Shown here in pieces: positions 60,770 through 64,000 of a stretch of DNA of 64,000 bases; positions within the stretch are counted from its first letter, which is position 1, and the number at the start of each line of letters is the position of its first letter. The stretch lies in the NCBI RefSeq assembly GCF_030684315.1, contig NC_081388.1:8602093-8666092 (forward strand), in the 5' to 3' direction. The notes beneath the pieces were generated by a model. That model made no database searches, had not been told where the DNA came from, and was given only the letters and a program-made list of their open reading frames with translations. The DNA comes from Stegostoma tigrinum. Its lineage: Eukaryota. The position numbers and the translations under genes are program-made.

Positions 60770-63630
60770 ATGGGGGATTTTGTAGTGAGGGGTTTGTTCC
60801 CTGTGTTGTTAGTTAGTTAGTTGGTTGGTGCTGTTTGTTTCTTGGAAACTCAGCAACTGAACCTGAGGTATCCATGGAGAAGAGTGAGAGCCACCCCTGT
60901 ACCTGAGTGAGTTTCTCCTCATGGGGGTCCCATTGGTTCCAGTTTCAGAATGTCTGAGGGTGGGAGTGTGTCCCCACTGCAGACTGTGATGGTGCAGTGT
61001 GGAGAGCAGAAGCTGCTGGTCAGGGCCCAGTTGGATTTATTTGGAACCAGGCACCTAATTAATGCTGCTGACCTGACCCTGGGAACAGTAGGCTGTCAGC
61101 CAACCAGGGTCTACCCTGAGAACCACACTGTCCTCTTTGACTATGGCCTGCATGAGTGTGGCAGCAGATTGCAGGTAATGGGAGTCCTCCATAGTTGCGG
61201 GAAGCTTGGTCTATACAGTGTTCCTTGCTGTAATGCTGGCTCCAATGCTGTGGTTATTGGGGTGTACTTTCTCTTGTTCTCAAGCTGAGATTGTCTCTTC
61301 TAGATTTGACTGTGGCTGAAGTGGTTCTGTGGGCCCCCAAACCCCTCTGTTGTCCCTATGGCATTGAGATTATTTCTAGTTCTCCTGGATATGATTAGCT
61401 TTCAATGTTTGAGTCTTGTTTCTCCTTAGTCAGCTCTACTGTCATTCTCATCCCTTGAGGGTGACACTGCTAAAAACATTACCATTGAGCTGCCTTGTTC
61501 TTGAAGGGCTCCAATTTCCCACTTTCCTTGCCTTTGGAACAACTGGGCTTGTGGGATATGTGCTCTGTTTCTGTATTATTAGATTATCCCCTGGTCTGTT
61601 TACTGAAACTGACTTTATTGAATCACTTTGCTGAATAGTTTAGCCTTGTCCTCGATAACCTCAAACATTAGGTTTGCTGATGACTGAGGAAACCAAAATG
61701 TCTGAGAGAATCGGGGTCACGTTACTGTTCCCTCAGTGATTTCTATTGCTAGTTTCTACAAAAACCATCCATCTGTTTCAACAACTGTGTATTTCCACTG
61801 TAAATGCATTCCCTATCTGATCATTGCTGATCAATTGATTGATGCCCTACCTTGTCAAATTCATCCAAAATGATGAACCTCTGAGCTATGATGTATTGCC
61901 TGTAAAACTGGTGTCACTGCTTGTGAGCAAACAAGAGGCTGGCACTGAGCCTGTCAACTCCCTACGTAACTGTGGGAATGGGATGATGTCCTTGTGTTGC
62001 ATAGAACCTTCATTTCAAATTGGTTCCCCATTCCTTCATCTGTTGTCTTTCAGATGACTGGAGACTTCTTGATCTACACCACCCACCTGACCCACATCCC
62101 AAACTATCCTGGGTCTGTCATTGTGAGAACCAATGGAGCTGTCATTCCCATTGTGTCGTTATTTGAGGTGAGCCTTTGCTAGATTGTCAACATCATCTGT
62201 AGCTGTCACCTGACACTAGCTTAAAATGGCTGCACTGTCTCTCCCCAGGACAGGCAATGTGAGCAGTGACCCCATCAATCCCACAGGATCCCATTCAGCT
62301 CCACCAGGTCTAGAGAAGGGCACTTGTCATTCTCCCTGCGTCTAATGAATGGTATGTGAGGGCTGGCTAGGGAGGGATCGCCTGGTGTCACTCACTGGGA
62401 GCTGCACCTACTATCTGTAACCCTTGTCCTCTTGTACTTCAGGTGACTGGCTTAAAGAGCACACTTCCACTGTCTACTCCCTGGGAGACCTCATTCACAT
62501 TGAGGCGTCTGTTTCAATGGACAACCACTTGCCCCTGAAGCTGTACATTGACCGCTGTGTAGCTACACTGAGCCCAGGCAAGGACTCCAGCCCCAGATAC
62601 AGCATCATTGACTACAATGGGTAAGGAGCTCTCTGCTTTCTCCAGCTGCTTCCATCTCAATGGCTTCACTCCGTTCACTTCATGGCCCTTTGTTCACCTG
62701 CAGTTGCCTCGTAGACAGCAAAGCTGAGGACTCCTTTTCAACCTTTGTGTTGCCGAGAGACCAGCGGGAGCCAGACAAGCTCAGGTTTGACCTGGATGCC
62801 TTCCGCTTCTATGGAGATGAACAATCCTTGGTAAGAGGAAGCTGCTGATTAGTCACTCCCACCCAGTGGGGAGAAGCCAAACTGACTTGTGCTGCATGTG
62901 TCCCTCAGATATTCATCACCTGTCACCTGAAAGTTGCTGCAGTAGATCAGGGAGATTCCAGGAACAAAGCTTGTACTTTCCAGAAGCTGCACAAGATGTG
63001 AATGGTTTCTGACCTACCCTCTGCCCCCACTCACCGTCCCTTAGTGATGTTGTTGGTGAGGTGATGCCCCACGTGGTTCATGAGCTTTTTCTCCTGTTTA
63101 GCTGGACCCCACTAGAGGAATCAAGCAGTGACATTTGTGCCTGTTGCCATGTGGGGAACTGTGGTAGCACACGGGACATCATCCTTCCCTTCAGAGGAAG
63201 GAGAGACCTTGGAGCTGAAGCTGGTAAGTCACTGAACCACGAGATGTTCGGGCTATACACCCCTTCCTGAACCTAACCGTACTGCTCTCTCTCCTGCAGA
63301 GTGAAGCTGGATTGAAGTGGGAGGGTGAGTCCTCAGTTGGCCCCCTGCTCATTCTGGATCCTGAGCTGACCAGCCTGGCGACTGAGCCCCTGACTGAGGA
63401 TGAGCAAAGGATGCAGGAGATGTCTCCAGGCGGTGAGTTGCCTGACTGCTAGTTTGCCTCTTTGTCCCAGTTTCCATCAGTAACCATTGGTTTCTCCTTG
63501 CTGTGTAGGTGTGCAGTCTGAGCTGGTTGTGATGCTGTCCCTGACAGTGACAGCTGTCTCCCTGATCTCTGCTTCGTTGATGGCCTTGATCCTGTACAGG
63601 AAGCACCAGCGAACTCCACTCAACTATTGA
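60770..63630 (+). pseudogene. zp3: ZP3-like pseudogene, type B, inverted orientation
   Basis: ATG at 60770; in-frame TAG at 60818-60820 inside a TTAG/TTGG expansion; in-frame TGA at 60908-60910; 2-nt deletion in exon 2 (~62155); 1-nt deletion in exon 3 (~62285); 2-nt deletion at the start of exon 8 (~63300); terminal TGA 63628-63630; AATAAA 63642-63647. Confidence 0.92.
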
Positions 63631-64000
63631 TGGAATAGTCCAATAAAGCAGTGACTCCTTGTCTCTTGTTTCTTGCACCTAGTTTGTTTCTGCATCCTCA
63701 TGCGAGTTGATATCCCTGGGGTTATGCTATGAACCCCCAGAAACCTTTTCTGGCTGTTATTTTTACTGAATGCAAGCAGTGATGCCTAAACAGTACAGTG
63801 ACTACAGGGTCTTGTTGGCAACACAAAATGGGACTTCCACATCTGAGATCAATATTCACACCATTCCCTCTATAATAGGAACACTGGTGTGAACTGTCCT
63901 GAGTTTGCTCCAATTACATCGGTCCTTTGCGAATCAGGACACCTGGGTGTTCAGAGTAAGAAACGTTGATCAGACTGGCCCTCCATGCTGTATCCCTGCC

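Noticed and set aside
1-64000. CRISPR array or prokaryotic defence system
   Set aside because: The DNA is spliced vertebrate sequence with no short repeat-spacer array or operon structure.

Overview
This is vertebrate genomic DNA. The repeat content (HE1/V-SINE-like SINEs, CR1 and L2 LINE fragments, Penelope-like fragments) points to a cartilaginous fish, probably a shark; that assignment is inference. The window is an amplified egg-coat locus: a tandem array of ~9.1-9.5 kb units, each built around a 9-coding-exon ZP3 (zona pellucida glycoprotein 3)-like gene on the minus strand. The units form an A-B-C-A-B higher-order repeat with a period of ~27.66 kb. Three copies have open frames (4742-7577, 13832-16687, 32402-35237), one is frameshifted (23314-26121), and one unit has lost the gene through a clean ~3.36 kb deletion at 41240/41241. 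The array then folds back into a giant palindrome with arms 41240-50597 and 51310-60668 and a 712 bp spacer. Past the right arm lies a plus-strand ZP3 pseudogene (60770-63630) that sits opposite the deleted copy. Penelope-derived inverted repeats carrying minimal hammerhead-ribozyme cores recur in every unit, and one young 161 bp hairpin insertion has both a filled and an empty site within the window. All alignments were done by eye, so identities are qualitative.
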